A DNA stretch of 64,000 bases from Geopsychrobacteraceae bacterium (GTDB lineage: Bacteria; Desulfobacterota; Desulfuromonadia; Desulfuromonadales; Geopsychrobacteraceae), in contig CAXXTB010000001.1 in NCBI GenBank assembly GCA_963676795.2, positions 640,001-704,000 of the forward strand, given 5' to 3'. Below, piece by piece: positions 41,244 to 50,996 of the stretch. The translations under genes were made by a program, and so were the position numbers. The notes beneath the pieces are model-generated. The model saw nothing but the letters and a program-made list of their open reading frames with translations. It did no database searches and was not told where the DNA came from. Numbering within the stretch: position 1 is the first letter of the stretch; the number at the start of each line of letters is the position of its first letter.

Positions 41244-43769
41244 ATGTCGACGCAAGAGCAGGTGTTTACCAGCATGACCAACGGTGGCCCGATTTCGGTC
41301 TATGTCAAAGATGGCAAGATCGTCCGCGTGCGCCCCTTGCAGATTGAAGAAAACGACTACAAACCCTGGGTGATTGAGGCTGATGGGAAGACCTATTCTC
41401 CGCCCAAGGCGGTGCGTGTCGCACCACCGGTTCAGGCCGAAAGGAACCGGACCGATTCCTATAACCGCATCCTTTATCCGCTCAAACGGGTCGATTTCGA
41501 TCCAAACGGTGAGCGCAACCCCGAAAACCGCGGCAAATCCGGCTACGAGCGGATCAGCTGGGATGAAGCGATCACCATCGTCTCCAACGAGATGCAGCGC
41601 CTGATCGTCAACTACGGCGGCGCTTCGATCTCCGGGATGACTTCGTCCCACCACAACTGGGGGATCGTCGGCTACAAGATGGGGCCTTTCTCCCGCTTCA
41701 TGAATATGCTCCATTACACCCCGGTCTTCGATAACCCCGACAGCTGGGAAGGCTGGCACTGGGGGGCGACCCACACCTACGGCTACTACTGGCGCCTGGG
41801 GATGCCGGAACAGTTCGACCTTTTGGAAGACGCCCTGAAAAATACCGAGATGATCGTTCTCTGGTCCAACGACCCCGATTCGACCCGTGGTACCTACAGC
41901 GGCCAGGAATCGGCCATCTGGCGGGTCTGGGTCAAGGAGAAAGGGATCAAAACGGTTTTCATCGATCCTTTCTACAACTACACCAACGCCGCGATGGACG
42001 GCACCTGGCTGCCACCGCGTCCAGGTTCCGATACTGCGCTGGCCATGGCGATCGCTTACACCTGGATTGTCGAGGAGACCTATGACAAGGAATATGTCGA
42101 GGCCAGAACCGTCGGCTTCGATGAGTTCAGGGACTATATCCTTGGCAAAGGGGAGGATGGCCTGGCCAAGACTCCAGCCTGGGCAGCGGAAAAATCGGGT
42201 ATCGCCGAGCGCAAAATCGTCTCTCTGGCCCGCGAATGGGCGAGCAAGCGGACCAGCCTCAGCTGCGGCAGCCGCGGCGGCGAAGGCGGGGCCTGCCGCA
42301 CCGCTGACGGTATGGACTGGGCGCGCATGATGGTTCTGCTCCAGGCAATGCAGGGCTTAGGCAAGCCGGGGATCTCGATCTGGGGGATGACCATGGGTGC
42401 TCCTTCTGATTCTGACAAGTGGTTCCCGGCCTATGCCGAACCCCAGGGGATGATGGGCAAGGCCAATATCGCTCAGCGCAAGCTGTCGAATGAGAACAAG
42501 ACCAAGCAGCGCCTGTTCCGCCTGACCCTGCCTGAAGCGATCATGCGCGGCGAGGAAGAGTTCTACGGCGAAGGTTTTTGTGGCCAGAGCCTGGAGCAGC
42601 AGTTCACCAAGCAGACCTACCCGATCGAAGCGCCGGTGCGCATGTTCTACCGTTATGGTGGCTCCTTCTTCGGCACCATGGTCGATACCAGCAAGTGGGT
42701 CAAGATGTACCAGTGCCCCAACCTTGAGATGGTCGTCGCTCAGGATTGCTGGTGGAGCGGCGAGACCAAGTTCGCCGATATCATCCTGCCGGCCTGTACC
42801 GGCCTGGAGCGCAACGACATCGGCGAGTGGGCGGCCTGCGGCGGTTACACGACCAACGCCCACATCGGCAACAACTATCGGGTCATCGCCCGCCAGCAGA
42901 AATGCGTCGAACCGGCCGGTGAGTCGAAGTCCGATTACGAAATCTTCACCCTGCTGGCCGATCGCCTGGGTAAAAAGGAACTGTTCACCGAAGGTAACAC
43001 TGAGGATGACTGGGCGAAACTCTTCTTCGAATCGTCCGACATCGCCAAGGATGTCAGCTGGGAGGAATTCAACAAGAAGGGCTACCATGTCGTACCTGTG
43101 CCCGATAACTACAAGCCAACTCCGAGCATGCGCTGGTTCGTCGAAGGGCGTCCCTGTGACACCCCGGATACCGGAAACCCGAAGCGTGGCACCGAAAAAG
43201 CCCATGAGCTGGGCACCTACTCCGGCAAGATCGAATTTTCCTCGGTCAGCCTGCGTGAGAATACCCCGGATGACCCGGAGCGCCCGGTCATTCCGCACTA
43301 CCGCGAATCCTGGGAAGGCTACGGCAGCGAACCGCACAAGCGCTTCCCGCTGCAGCTGATCAGCCCGCATCCGCGCTTTTCGTTCCACACCCATTACGAC
43401 AACCACTGCACCTGGATCAACGAGATCCCGCTGCACCGGGTCGAAAAGAACGGTTACCGCTGGTGGCCGGTGCGGATCAATCCGGAGGATGCCCGCGAGC
43501 GTAACCTGCAGACCGGCGATATCGTCGAACTCTACAACGACAGGGGCTCGGTCCTCTGTATCACCCAGGTGACCGAACGGGTTCCGGCCGGAACCATTCA
43601 CAGCTACGCCTCGAGCGCCAAGTATGATCCGGTTGTGCCGGGCAAAGCGGACTCTCCGGACAAGGCCGGCTGCGTCAACATCCTCACTCCGTCGAAGATG
43701 ATGGGGCGGATGGTTCCGGGGATGACACCGAATTCATGTGTTTGTGAAATCAGAAAGTGGGAGGCGTAA
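41244..43769 (+). CDS. Pyrogallol-phloroglucinol transhydroxylase-like large subunit (AthL family)
   Basis: GGPISVYVKDGKI, FDPNGERNP, SSHHNWG and NPDSWEGWHWG (Ser Mo ligand) match P. acidigallici AthL as recalled; AAGGAGG RBS before ATG 41244. Confidence 0.92.
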   Translation: MSTQEQVFTSMTNGGPISVYVKDGKIVRVRPLQIEENDYKPWVIEADGKTYSPPKAVRVAPPVQAERNRTDSYNRILYPLKRVDFDPNGERNPENRGKSGYERISWDEAITIVSNEMQRLIVNYGGASISGMTSSHHNWGIVGYKMGPFSRFMNMLHYTPVFDNPDSWEGWHWGATHTYGYYWRLGMPEQFDLLEDALKNTEMIVLWSNDPDSTRGTYSGQESAIWRVWVKEKGIKTVFIDPFYNYTNAAMDGTWLPPRPGSDTALAMAIAYTWIVEETYDKEYVEARTVGFDEFRDYILGKGEDGLAKTPAWAAEKSGIAERKIVSLAREWASKRTSLSCGSRGGEGGACRTADGMDWARMMVLLQAMQGLGKPGISIWGMTMGAPSDSDKWFPAYAEPQGMMGKANIAQRKLSNENKTKQRLFRLTLPEAIMRGEEEFYGEGFCGQSLEQQFTKQTYPIEAPVRMFYRYGGSFFGTMVDTSKWVKMYQCPNLEMVVAQDCWWSGETKFADIILPACTGLERNDIGEWAACGGYTTNAHIGNNYRVIARQQKCVEPAGESKSDYEIFTLLADRLGKKELFTEGNTEDDWAKLFFESSDIAKDVSWEEFNKKGYHVVPVPDNYKPTPSMRWFVEGRPCDTPDTGNPKRGTEKAHELGTYSGKIEFSSVSLRENTPDDPERPVIPHYRESWEGYGSEPHKRFPLQLISPHPRFSFHTHYDNHCTWINEIPLHRVEKNGYRWWPVRINPEDARERNLQTGDIVELYNDRGSVLCITQVTERVPAGTIHSYASSAKYDPVVPGKADSPDKAGCVNILTPSKMMGRMVPGMTPNSCVCEIRKWEA

Positions 43770-43772
43770 GTC

Positions 43773-44618
43773 ATGGCCAGATATGCATTAGCTTTTGATA
43801 TCGAGAAATGTACCGGATGTTATTCCTGTGTCCTTGCCTGCAAGGACGAGTACGCCGGCAATGATCACCTGCCACTCTCTGCGGCCCAGCCCTACTCGGA
43901 ACATAACTGGCTGACCATCAAGGAAGTCGAGCAGGGGCAGGGGACCAAGATCAAGGTCGATTACGTGCCGATGACCTGCCAGCACTGCGAAAATCCACTC
44001 TGTGCCACCGTCGCACCGGAAGGCGCCGTCTATACCCGCGCCGACGGCATCGTCATCATCGATCCGGACAAGTCCAAAGGCTGCAAGGAGATCGTCGAGG
44101 CCTGTCCTTACCGGGTTGTCAGCTGGAACGAAGAGGCCCAGCTCGCCCAGAAATGCACCATGTGCGCCCATATGCTCGATAACGGCGAGACCACAACCCG
44201 CTGCGCCGAGTGCTGCCCGACCGGGGCGCTGATCTTCGGTGACCTGGATGATCCGAACAGCGAGATCTCCAAATTCATGACCGAGAAGGGGGATCGTGTC
44301 GAAGCTTACAAACCGGAGCTGGGTGCCCGGCCGGTGGTCAGGTACCTGGGGCTGCCGAAGGTCTTCATCGCCGGTGAGGTGGTCTGCGCCGATACCCCGG
44401 CGGAATGTCCGGGCGGGGTCAAGGTCAGGATTGCTGCGCTTGACGGCAGCATGAGTGCTGAGACCACCACCGATTTCCTCGGTGATTTCGAGTTCAAGAA
44501 TCTCGAATGCAACCAGCAGTACCGGGTGACAGCAGAGCTACAGGGTTATGCTCCGGTCGAGCTGGTGGTCCGCGCCAATGCCAGCAAGAACATCGGCGAG
44601 CTGGTGTTGACAAAGTAG
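43773..44618 (+). CDS. Transhydroxylase-like beta subunit (BthL family, 3x[4Fe-4S] plus C-terminal beta-sandwich)
   Basis: CTGCYSCVLAC, CQHCENPLC, DGIVIIDP, AQKCTMCAH and TDFLGDFEFK. Confidence 0.9.
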   Translation: MARYALAFDIEKCTGCYSCVLACKDEYAGNDHLPLSAAQPYSEHNWLTIKEVEQGQGTKIKVDYVPMTCQHCENPLCATVAPEGAVYTRADGIVIIDPDKSKGCKEIVEACPYRVVSWNEEAQLAQKCTMCAHMLDNGETTTRCAECCPTGALIFGDLDDPNSEISKFMTEKGDRVEAYKPELGARPVVRYLGLPKVFIAGEVVCADTPAECPGGVKVRIAALDGSMSAETTTDFLGDFEFKNLECNQQYRVTAELQGYAPVELVVRANASKNIGELVLTK

Positions 44619-44654
44619 GGGAGAGCTTAGGAACCTCAAAACGTCATTAATGGC

Positions 44655-44712
44655 ACCCCCCTTAATCCCCCCTATTTCATAGGGGGGTAGCGAGCGCAGC
44701 GAGCAGGGGGGT
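44655..44712. repeat. Short G/C-tract nested palindrome
   Basis: ACCCCCCTTAATCCCCCCTAT-TTC-ATAGGGGGGTAGCGAGCGCAGCGAGCAGGGGGGT. Confidence 0.55.
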
Positions 44713-44747
44713 AGCGGTTGTTCCCGGCTGAAAACGAAAAGGAACCA

Positions 44748-45953
44748 ATGCAAATGCGTGATGTTGTCATCGTAGATGCCTGCCGAACCGCGGTGGGTAA
44801 ATTCGGAGGATCGCTCAAGCCTCTTCAGGCCGAAGACCTGGCACTTGCCGTTATGCAGGGGGCACTTGAGCGCAGCGGTATCGATCCAAAGCAGATCGAT
44901 GAAGTGATTATGGGGCAGTGTCGTCAGTCTTCTGATTCTTCCAATATTGCCCGCGTCGCTGCCCTGCGGGCCGGGATTCCGGAAGAAACGCCGGCCAATA
45001 CCGTGATGTGCGCCTGCGCTTCCGGGATGCTGGCCGCCAGCAATGCCGCCAACTCGATCATGGTCGGTCAGAACGAGGTTGCCCTGGCCGGCGGGACCGA
45101 GCACATGACCAACGGCATTTTCTATGTCACCAACGCTCGCTGGGGGGTTGGAACCGGCACGACCGAACTGAAGGACAGCCTGACCGAGGCCCAGTTCACC
45201 TCACAACCCCAGGATATCTACGGTCGTTTCAACATGGGGATAACAGCCGAGAATGTCGCGGAAAAGATGAGTATTTCGCGTCAGGATCAGGATGTCTTTG
45301 CGGCCATGTCACAGCAGCGGGCGGCCGATGCGATCGCCGGGGGGCGGTTTGTCGATGAGATCATCCCTTTGAGTGTGCCGCAGGGGCGCAAAAATGAGCC
45401 GCTTATTTTTGATACGGATGAATTTCCGCGTCTCTCCTCTGTGGAAGAACTGGCCAGGCTGAAACCGGCGTTCAAACAGGATGGCTGTGTCACCGCCGGC
45501 AACGCCTCCGGACGCAACGATGGTGCGTCGATTCTACTGATGATGAGTGCCGACAAGGCGGAAGAACTCGGCATGCAGCCGCTGGCCAGGCTGCGCGGTA
45601 TCGCCTCGGCCGGTGTCGATCCCCGCTACATGGGGATGGGGCCGGTCCCGGCGACTGAGAAGGTGCTGAAGATGACCGGACTCAGCCTTGCCGATATTCA
45701 GCTGATCGAGCTCAACGAAGCCTTTGCCGCCCAGTCGCTCGGTTGCATCCGTGAGCTCGGTCTGGAAGACAAAATGGACATCATCAACGTCAATGGCGGT
45801 GCTATCGCCTTGGGGCATCCGATCGGCTCGTCCGGCAGTCGCATCATGGTCAGCCTGATCCATGAAATGCGCAAGCGGCAGGTGAACATCGGTCTGGCAA
45901 CCCTGTGTATCGCCGGCGGCATGGGGATGGCCAGTGTTATCGAACTCATTTAG
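44748..45953 (+). CDS. Acetyl-CoA C-acyltransferase (thiolase)
   Basis: [17 protein letters not shown] and CIAGGMG. Confidence 0.95.
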   Translation: MQMRDVVIVDACRTAVGKFGGSLKPLQAEDLALAVMQGALERSGIDPKQIDEVIMGQCRQSSDSSNIARVAALRAGIPEETPANTVMCACASGMLAASNAANSIMVGQNEVALAGGTEHMTNGIFYVTNARWGVGTGTTELKDSLTEAQFTSQPQDIYGRFNMGITAENVAEKMSISRQDQDVFAAMSQQRAADAIAGGRFVDEIIPLSVPQGRKNEPLIFDTDEFPRLSSVEELARLKPAFKQDGCVTAGNASGRNDGASILLMMSADKAEELGMQPLARLRGIASAGVDPRYMGMGPVPATEKVLKMTGLSLADIQLIELNEAFAAQSLGCIRELGLEDKMDIINVNGGAIALGHPIGSSGSRIMVSLIHEMRKRQVNIGLATLCIAGGMGMASVIELI

Positions 45954-45998
45954 AACCCGTTTCTGCTCCGCAACCCGGAGAGAAACCAAGGAGTCAAT

Positions 45999-46328
45999 AT
46001 GATCAAAGTTAGTGAATGTGAAGGGAATCCCTACGACGCCGCCCGTCATTTCGGTGTCTTTGGCGTGCAGAAGCTGACCGAAAACGAATCGCAGCGCACC
46101 AGCATCAACTATTCGGTGTTTCTGCCGAATGGCGGAGCGGAACTCAGCGCGTCTCCCAAGGAGCGGATCTACTACATCGTCAGTGGCCGGATGAAGGTTT
46201 CGAATCACAGTGAAGAGCACCTGCTTGAGGCCGGGGATATGATCTATATCGCTCCGGGGGAGGAGCGTCAGGTTGCAATCCTTGACAACAAACCCTGTGA
46301 ATCTCTGGTCATGATCGTAACGGTTTAG
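45999..46328 (+). CDS. Cupin-fold protein
   Basis: ERIYYIVSGRM...LEAGDMIYIAPGEER; the metal-binding His residues of the cupin motifs are not apparent. Confidence 0.85.
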   Translation: MIKVSECEGNPYDAARHFGVFGVQKLTENESQRTSINYSVFLPNGGAELSASPKERIYYIVSGRMKVSNHSEEHLLEAGDMIYIAPGEERQVAILDNKPCESLVMIVTV

Positions 46329-46344
46329 GGGGCTTAAGCTGACT

Positions 46345-47310
46345 ATGGATATCAACGCTATACAAACAGTCGCCGTCTTAGGTGCCGGCACCATGGGGTT
46401 GGGAATCGCCCAGAGTTTTGCCCAGGCCGGTTATCAGGTCAACCTTTTCGATATCAGTGACCAGGCGTTAGAGAGAGCTCCGGAACTGATGCGCGCTAAC
46501 CTGCAGATCCTGGCAAAACACGGTCTGATTGCTGAGGAGGAGATCGCTGCGATCATCGCCCGGATCAGCTGTTTCAATGATCTTGAAGCTGCCGTTGCCT
46601 CGGTACAGCTGGTTGAAGAGTGCGTTTTTGAAAAGCCTCAGGTCAAGAGCGAGGTCTTTGCCAAACTCGACAGTTTCTGCCCGGACGATGTGATTATTGC
46701 CAGCAATACCTCGTACCTGAATATCTACGAGCTGGTGCCTGCGGCCCGGAAGCCAAATACGGTCATTGCCCACTGGTTCGCCCCGGCCCATATCGTGCCG
46801 CTGGTCGAACTGGTCAAAGGGGAGCAGACCGCCCCGGCCACGGTCGATACCGTCAAGGCGGTCCTGGAGAAGATCGGCAAGACCCCGGTGGTGATGGAGC
46901 GTTTCGTGCCGGGCTTTGCTATCAACCGCATTCAACGTATCCTTGGCCGCGAGATCTTCTTCCTGCTCGACAACGGCTACATGACCGCCGAAGAGCTCGA
47001 TAAGGCGGTCAAGGCGAGCATCGCTCCAAGAATGATGGTTCTGGGGCTGGTGCAGCGCTACGACTTCACCGGTATCGATCTGAGCGTCAATAATCTGAAG
47101 AACCCCGATTATCTCGAGCCGCCGATCGACAACAGCCCGAAGAGCCTGTGCAGTCTCTACGAGCAGGGCGATCTCGGGGTCAAGACCGGCAAGGGCTTTT
47201 ATGACTATGGCGACGACATGGCCGCGACCCTGGCCCAGCGTGACGATGACCTGATCAGGGCCTTCATCAGTCAGGGCCAGATGCAGCCGATCGGCACAGC
47301 CAGATCTTAA
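46345..47310 (+). CDS. 3-hydroxyacyl-CoA dehydrogenase-family protein
   Basis: GAGTMG, ASNTS, AHWFAPAHIVPLVE, PGFAINRIQ and LGVKTGKGFYDY. Confidence 0.92.
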   Translation: MDINAIQTVAVLGAGTMGLGIAQSFAQAGYQVNLFDISDQALERAPELMRANLQILAKHGLIAEEEIAAIIARISCFNDLEAAVASVQLVEECVFEKPQVKSEVFAKLDSFCPDDVIIASNTSYLNIYELVPAARKPNTVIAHWFAPAHIVPLVELVKGEQTAPATVDTVKAVLEKIGKTPVVMERFVPGFAINRIQRILGREIFFLLDNGYMTAEELDKAVKASIAPRMMVLGLVQRYDFTGIDLSVNNLKNPDYLEPPIDNSPKSLCSLYEQGDLGVKTGKGFYDYGDDMAATLAQRDDDLIRAFISQGQMQPIGTARS

Positions 47311-47342
47311 GTGAATATAAAATAGAGAGGAAGTAGAGAACT

Positions 47343-48191
47343 ATGTACAAGAAACTGCCCAAAGACAAAGTCATCATCACCGTGGCCCAGACCGGGGCCC
47401 TGGTCAACAAGCAGATGAACCCCAACGTTCCGGAACAACCGGACGAGATCATCAAGTCTTCGATCGAATGCTACAAGGCCGGCGCCGCCGTTGTTCACCT
47501 GCATGCCCGCGACAGACAGGGGGTCAATACCTCCGATCCGGCAGTGTTTCAGCAGATCAAGGAAGGCATCCAGGCCGAGACCCCGCTGGTCATCCAGTAC
47601 AGCACCGGCGGCGGGCCGAACCTGACCCAGGAGCAGCGCATCGAATGTCTGCAGGCCAAGCCGGAACTGGCTTCGCTGAACATGGGCACGATGATGCGCA
47701 CCTCCGGCCAGTACAAGGGAGTGCCCTGGTGCAACATGCCGGATGAGATCGAATATTTCCTGCAGTGCATGCAGGAGCAGAACATCAAGCCGGAGATGGA
47801 GATCTACAATCTGGCGATGTTCCAGGATGTTGAGCGCTTGATCGAGAAAGGGCTGGTCAAGCCGCCGTTCTATATCAACATGGTGCTCGGTATGCGCTAT
47901 CAGGGCGCCTGCCCGGCGACGCCGAAGATTTTTAACACCCTGCTCGATTACCTGCCGGAAGGCGCCTATTTCAACTGCTCGGCCGTCGGTGCCGATCAGC
48001 TGCCGATGACCACCCTGGCGATGCTGCACGGCGGCTGTGTCCGGGTCGGTCTGGAAGACAACATCTACTATAGCAAGGGACGCCTGGCGACGAACGTCGA
48101 GCTGGTCGAGCGGACGGTCAGAATTGCCCGTGAGCTTGGCAAGGAACCGGCAACGCCAGATGAAGCGCGCGAAATCCTGGGTATCGGTTAG
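47343..48191 (+). CDS. Beta-keto acid cleavage enzyme (BKACE/DUF849, Kce family)
   Basis: IITVAQTG, VHLHAR, QYSTGG and RVGLEDN. Confidence 0.93.
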   Translation: MYKKLPKDKVIITVAQTGALVNKQMNPNVPEQPDEIIKSSIECYKAGAAVVHLHARDRQGVNTSDPAVFQQIKEGIQAETPLVIQYSTGGGPNLTQEQRIECLQAKPELASLNMGTMMRTSGQYKGVPWCNMPDEIEYFLQCMQEQNIKPEMEIYNLAMFQDVERLIEKGLVKPPFYINMVLGMRYQGACPATPKIFNTLLDYLPEGAYFNCSAVGADQLPMTTLAMLHGGCVRVGLEDNIYYSKGRLATNVELVERTVRIARELGKEPATPDEAREILGIG

Positions 48192-48216
48192 TTTCTAGTT
48201 TCGGGAGGAATGAGCA

Positions 48217-48990
48217 ATGATCAAGAAGAATATTTTCAGTCTGGAAGGTAAAACCGCAGTTGTCATCGGCGGCGCTGGCGGCATCGGCAAAGAGCTCGCT
48301 ATGGGTATGAGTGAGTCCGGCGCGAAACTGGTTCTGGCCAGCCGCAGCATGGGTGCTCTGGAGGAGACGGCTGAGGAAATCAAGGCGGCAACCGGAAATC
48401 CGGTCGATATCTGCCCTGTTGATGTTGTCAACGAGGAAAGTATGCAGCAGCTCGTCGATTTCGCCCGGAAAACGCTGGGCAAAGTCGACATTCTGGTCAA
48501 TGCCAGCGGGCTCAATATCAAGCGTGATGCGCTGGAATTCCCGATGGAAGATTTCGAGAAGATCTTCGATGTCAACGTCAAGGGGACGATGATCGCCTGC
48601 AAGTTCTTCGGGCGTTTGATGAAGGAAGCCGGTGGTGGCAACATCGTCAACCTGTCGTCTGTGCGCGGCATCCGTGGTTACGGCGGTGGCAACAGCGCAT
48701 ATTGTGCCACCAAGGGGGCGGTCGAACTGCTCACCAAGGCCCTGGCCATCGAATTTGCTCCATACCAGGTTCGGGTCAACGCTCTGGGACCATCCCTGGT
48801 CATTACCCCGGGCACGGTCCATATCAAGAACAATCCGGAACTGGCGGAAAAATATCGCTCGATTGTTCCGCTCGGCCGGATCGGTGAGGCCGAGGACATG
48901 GTCGGAGCCGTAGTGTTCCTTGCGTCTGACGCCGCGTCATTTGTGACCGGGCAGACTATTTTTGTTGATGGCGGCCTGACGGCGGCCTGA
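48217..48990 (+). CDS. SDR-family reductase, likely NADP(H)-dependent (phloroglucinol reductase-like)
   Basis: GGAGGIG, basic ASRS after beta2, SSVRGIRG and YCATKG. Confidence 0.9.
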   Translation: MIKKNIFSLEGKTAVVIGGAGGIGKELAMGMSESGAKLVLASRSMGALEETAEEIKAATGNPVDICPVDVVNEESMQQLVDFARKTLGKVDILVNASGLNIKRDALEFPMEDFEKIFDVNVKGTMIACKFFGRLMKEAGGGNIVNLSSVRGIRGYGGGNSAYCATKGAVELLTKALAIEFAPYQVRVNALGPSLVITPGTVHIKNNPELAEKYRSIVPLGRIGEAEDMVGAVVFLASDAASFVTGQTIFVDGGLTAA

Positions 48991-49146
48991 TGTGTGTGAA
49001 GCTGACTCAATCCTGACTTTCCGCATGAGTCCACATTGTAGCTGAACTTGACAACCGGAAAGGAGAAAGAGAGAAGGAAGGTACGTAAGGTTGGATTTCG
49101 GCATGTATCTCGTTATTTAACATTTTGACAAGCTGGGAGGATACGT

Positions 49147-50205
49147 ATGAGAACAAGGTCGTTTTTTAACGCAGCACTCGTGATTGTCGCTATTTTTGCC
49201 GTATGCCTGATTGTCCCGTCCGTCGGTTTCGCTAAATCCATAACATTGTCGTACGCCTGCCACCATGGCCCGACAGATGTTCACAGCAAGCTGATGGAAG
49301 CCTGGATCAAGGAGGTTGAAACACGGACCGAAGGTCGGGTGAAGGTTGACTTCTATCCTGGCCAGACTCTGGTCAAAGCGCCACAGACCTATGATGGAAT
49401 CGTCAATGGTATGACCGATATGGGCTGGTCGATCCTGCAGTATACCCGTGGTCGCTTCCCGTTGATGGATTTCATCAATCTGCCTCTCGGCTGGCCGAGC
49501 GGCAAGGTGAACACTGCCATCATCAACGAAGTTCTGGAAAAGTTCCAGCCGACTGAACTGAATGATACCCATGTCCTCTACCTGACCGCCCACGGTCCTG
49601 GTTACGTTCACACCACAGGTAAGCGGGTCACCGTTATGGATGACTGGAAAGGGATGAAGATCCGTTCCAACGGTCCAACCGCGGAAATGATCAAGCTGCT
49701 CGGCGGGACCCCGGTTTCCCTGCCAATGCCGGAACTCTACCAAGCCCTGCAGAAAGGGGTTGTCGATGGCGGTCTGTGGGACTTCTCCGCCAGTGCCGAC
49801 TGGAAACTGGCCGAGGTTTCCCAGTACGACATCATCAGCGACAAGACCGCCTATTCGATCGGTTTCTTTGTCACCATGAACAAGGACAAGTGGAACAGCA
49901 TCGAACCCCGCGATCAGCAGGCGATCACTGAACTGAGCCTGCCATGGCTGAAGAAACATGGTATCGCCTGGGATGAGGCGGATGATCGCGGCATCGCCTA
50001 CGGCAATAACGTCAAGGTTAAGCATGAAATGGTCCAGATCTCACCGGAAGAATCGGCCAAGTGGCGTAAGGCCTCTCAGCCGGTTATCGATGATTATATC
50101 CAGACCTGTGAGAAAAAAGGCCTGCCAGGCAAGGAAGTCATTGAATACGTAGAAAAGCGTATCGCTGAAGCCAAGGCCGGAACCTTTGAAAGTAAATATC
50201 TGTAA
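49147..50205 (+). CDS. dctP: TRAP transporter substrate-binding protein
   Basis: Signal peptide; MKIRSNG and ELYQALQKGVVDG. Confidence 0.92.
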   Translation: MRTRSFFNAALVIVAIFAVCLIVPSVGFAKSITLSYACHHGPTDVHSKLMEAWIKEVETRTEGRVKVDFYPGQTLVKAPQTYDGIVNGMTDMGWSILQYTRGRFPLMDFINLPLGWPSGKVNTAIINEVLEKFQPTELNDTHVLYLTAHGPGYVHTTGKRVTVMDDWKGMKIRSNGPTAEMIKLLGGTPVSLPMPELYQALQKGVVDGGLWDFSASADWKLAEVSQYDIISDKTAYSIGFFVTMNKDKWNSIEPRDQQAITELSLPWLKKHGIAWDEADDRGIAYGNNVKVKHEMVQISPEESAKWRKASQPVIDDYIQTCEKKGLPGKEVIEYVEKRIAEAKAGTFESKYL

Positions 50206-50217
50206 TTGATTGAGTAT

Positions 50218-50259
50218 GGAGGGGCAGCCCGGCTGCCACCGACTGCCCCTCCGATTTTT
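50218..50259 (+). terminator. Hairpin after dctP (partial terminator or mRNA stabiliser)
   Basis: GGAGGGGCAG...CTGCCCCTCC followed by GATTTTT. Confidence 0.55.
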
Positions 50260-50309
50260 CTGCAAGACACATAGCTGGTTGCCATCCGGAATCTTCGGAG
50301 GGCAATGCG

Positions 50310-50455
50310 TAAGTTTCAGATTGGAAACGAGCGATTTTTCATTGTGGCTAGGAACTCAAGAGGTTGCGCGGAGGCGTATTACTATACGCCGCACAAGCAA
50401 GCTCGTAGATTGACACCGCCACAGTGGAAAAGGGCCGTTTCCGAATGAAAACTAG
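50310..50455. repeat. ~145-bp palindromic MITE-like element between dctP and dctQ
   Basis: Left arm TAAGTTTCAGATTGGAAACG...TTTTCATTGTGGC pairs with GCCACAGTGGAAAAG...CGTTTCCGAATGAAAACTAG; central GGCGTAT-TACT-ATACGCC hairpin. Confidence 0.7.
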
Positions 50456-50510
50456 CTGAGATTTAATATGCTTGATCCGGATCTGCCGCCGGATGATTAA
50501 GGGACGGATT

Positions 50511-50996
50511 ATGAGGTATGTTCTGTATATAACGAAACTTCTGAAGCTCATCAGCGGCATCAGCCTGATGGGGATGATGATATTGACCTGCGCGGATGTT
50601 GTCGGAGGTTTCTTCGGTTATCCGGTTCTGGGTGCTGAGGAACTGGTTTCGCTCTGGGCCTCCATGTTGCTTGCTTTTGCCCTGCCGACAGCGCATCTGG
50701 CCGGCGTCAACGTCGGTGTCGATCTGCTCTACAATATATTCCCGCAACGTCTGCAAAAACTGGCTGATGTCTTCAATTCGGTCGTCAGCTGCCTGCTCTT
50801 CCTGCTGATTGCCTGGCGCTGCTGGTTGTACGCGCTGGCTCTGCAGCAGAGTGGCGAGGTCAGCATGATTCTGCTCCTGCCGGCCTATCTGCTGGTCTAC
50901 GCCATGTCCTTTGCCCTGATCGTTCTGGCAGTGGCTATGTTTTTCGAACTTATTGCAATTTTCATCGGAGGGAGCCAGTCATGTCAGAACCAATGA
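50511..50996 (+). CDS. dctQ: TRAP transporter small permease
   Basis: Four TMs; ADVVG...GAEELV...NVGVDLL. Confidence 0.9.
   Translation: MRYVLYITKLLKLISGISLMGMMILTCADVVGGFFGYPVLGAEELVSLWASMLLAFALPTAHLAGVNVGVDLLYNIFPQRLQKLADVFNSVVSCLLFLLIAWRCWLYALALQQSGEVSMILLLPAYLLVYAMSFALIVLAVAMFFELIAIFIGGSQSCQNQ

Noticed and set aside
38492..44618. Selenocysteine read-through or Tat export in the Mo enzymes
   Set aside because: The ORFs are intact without in-frame TGA. The KRRR stretch upstream of ATG 41244 overlaps the RBS and is not a signal peptide.
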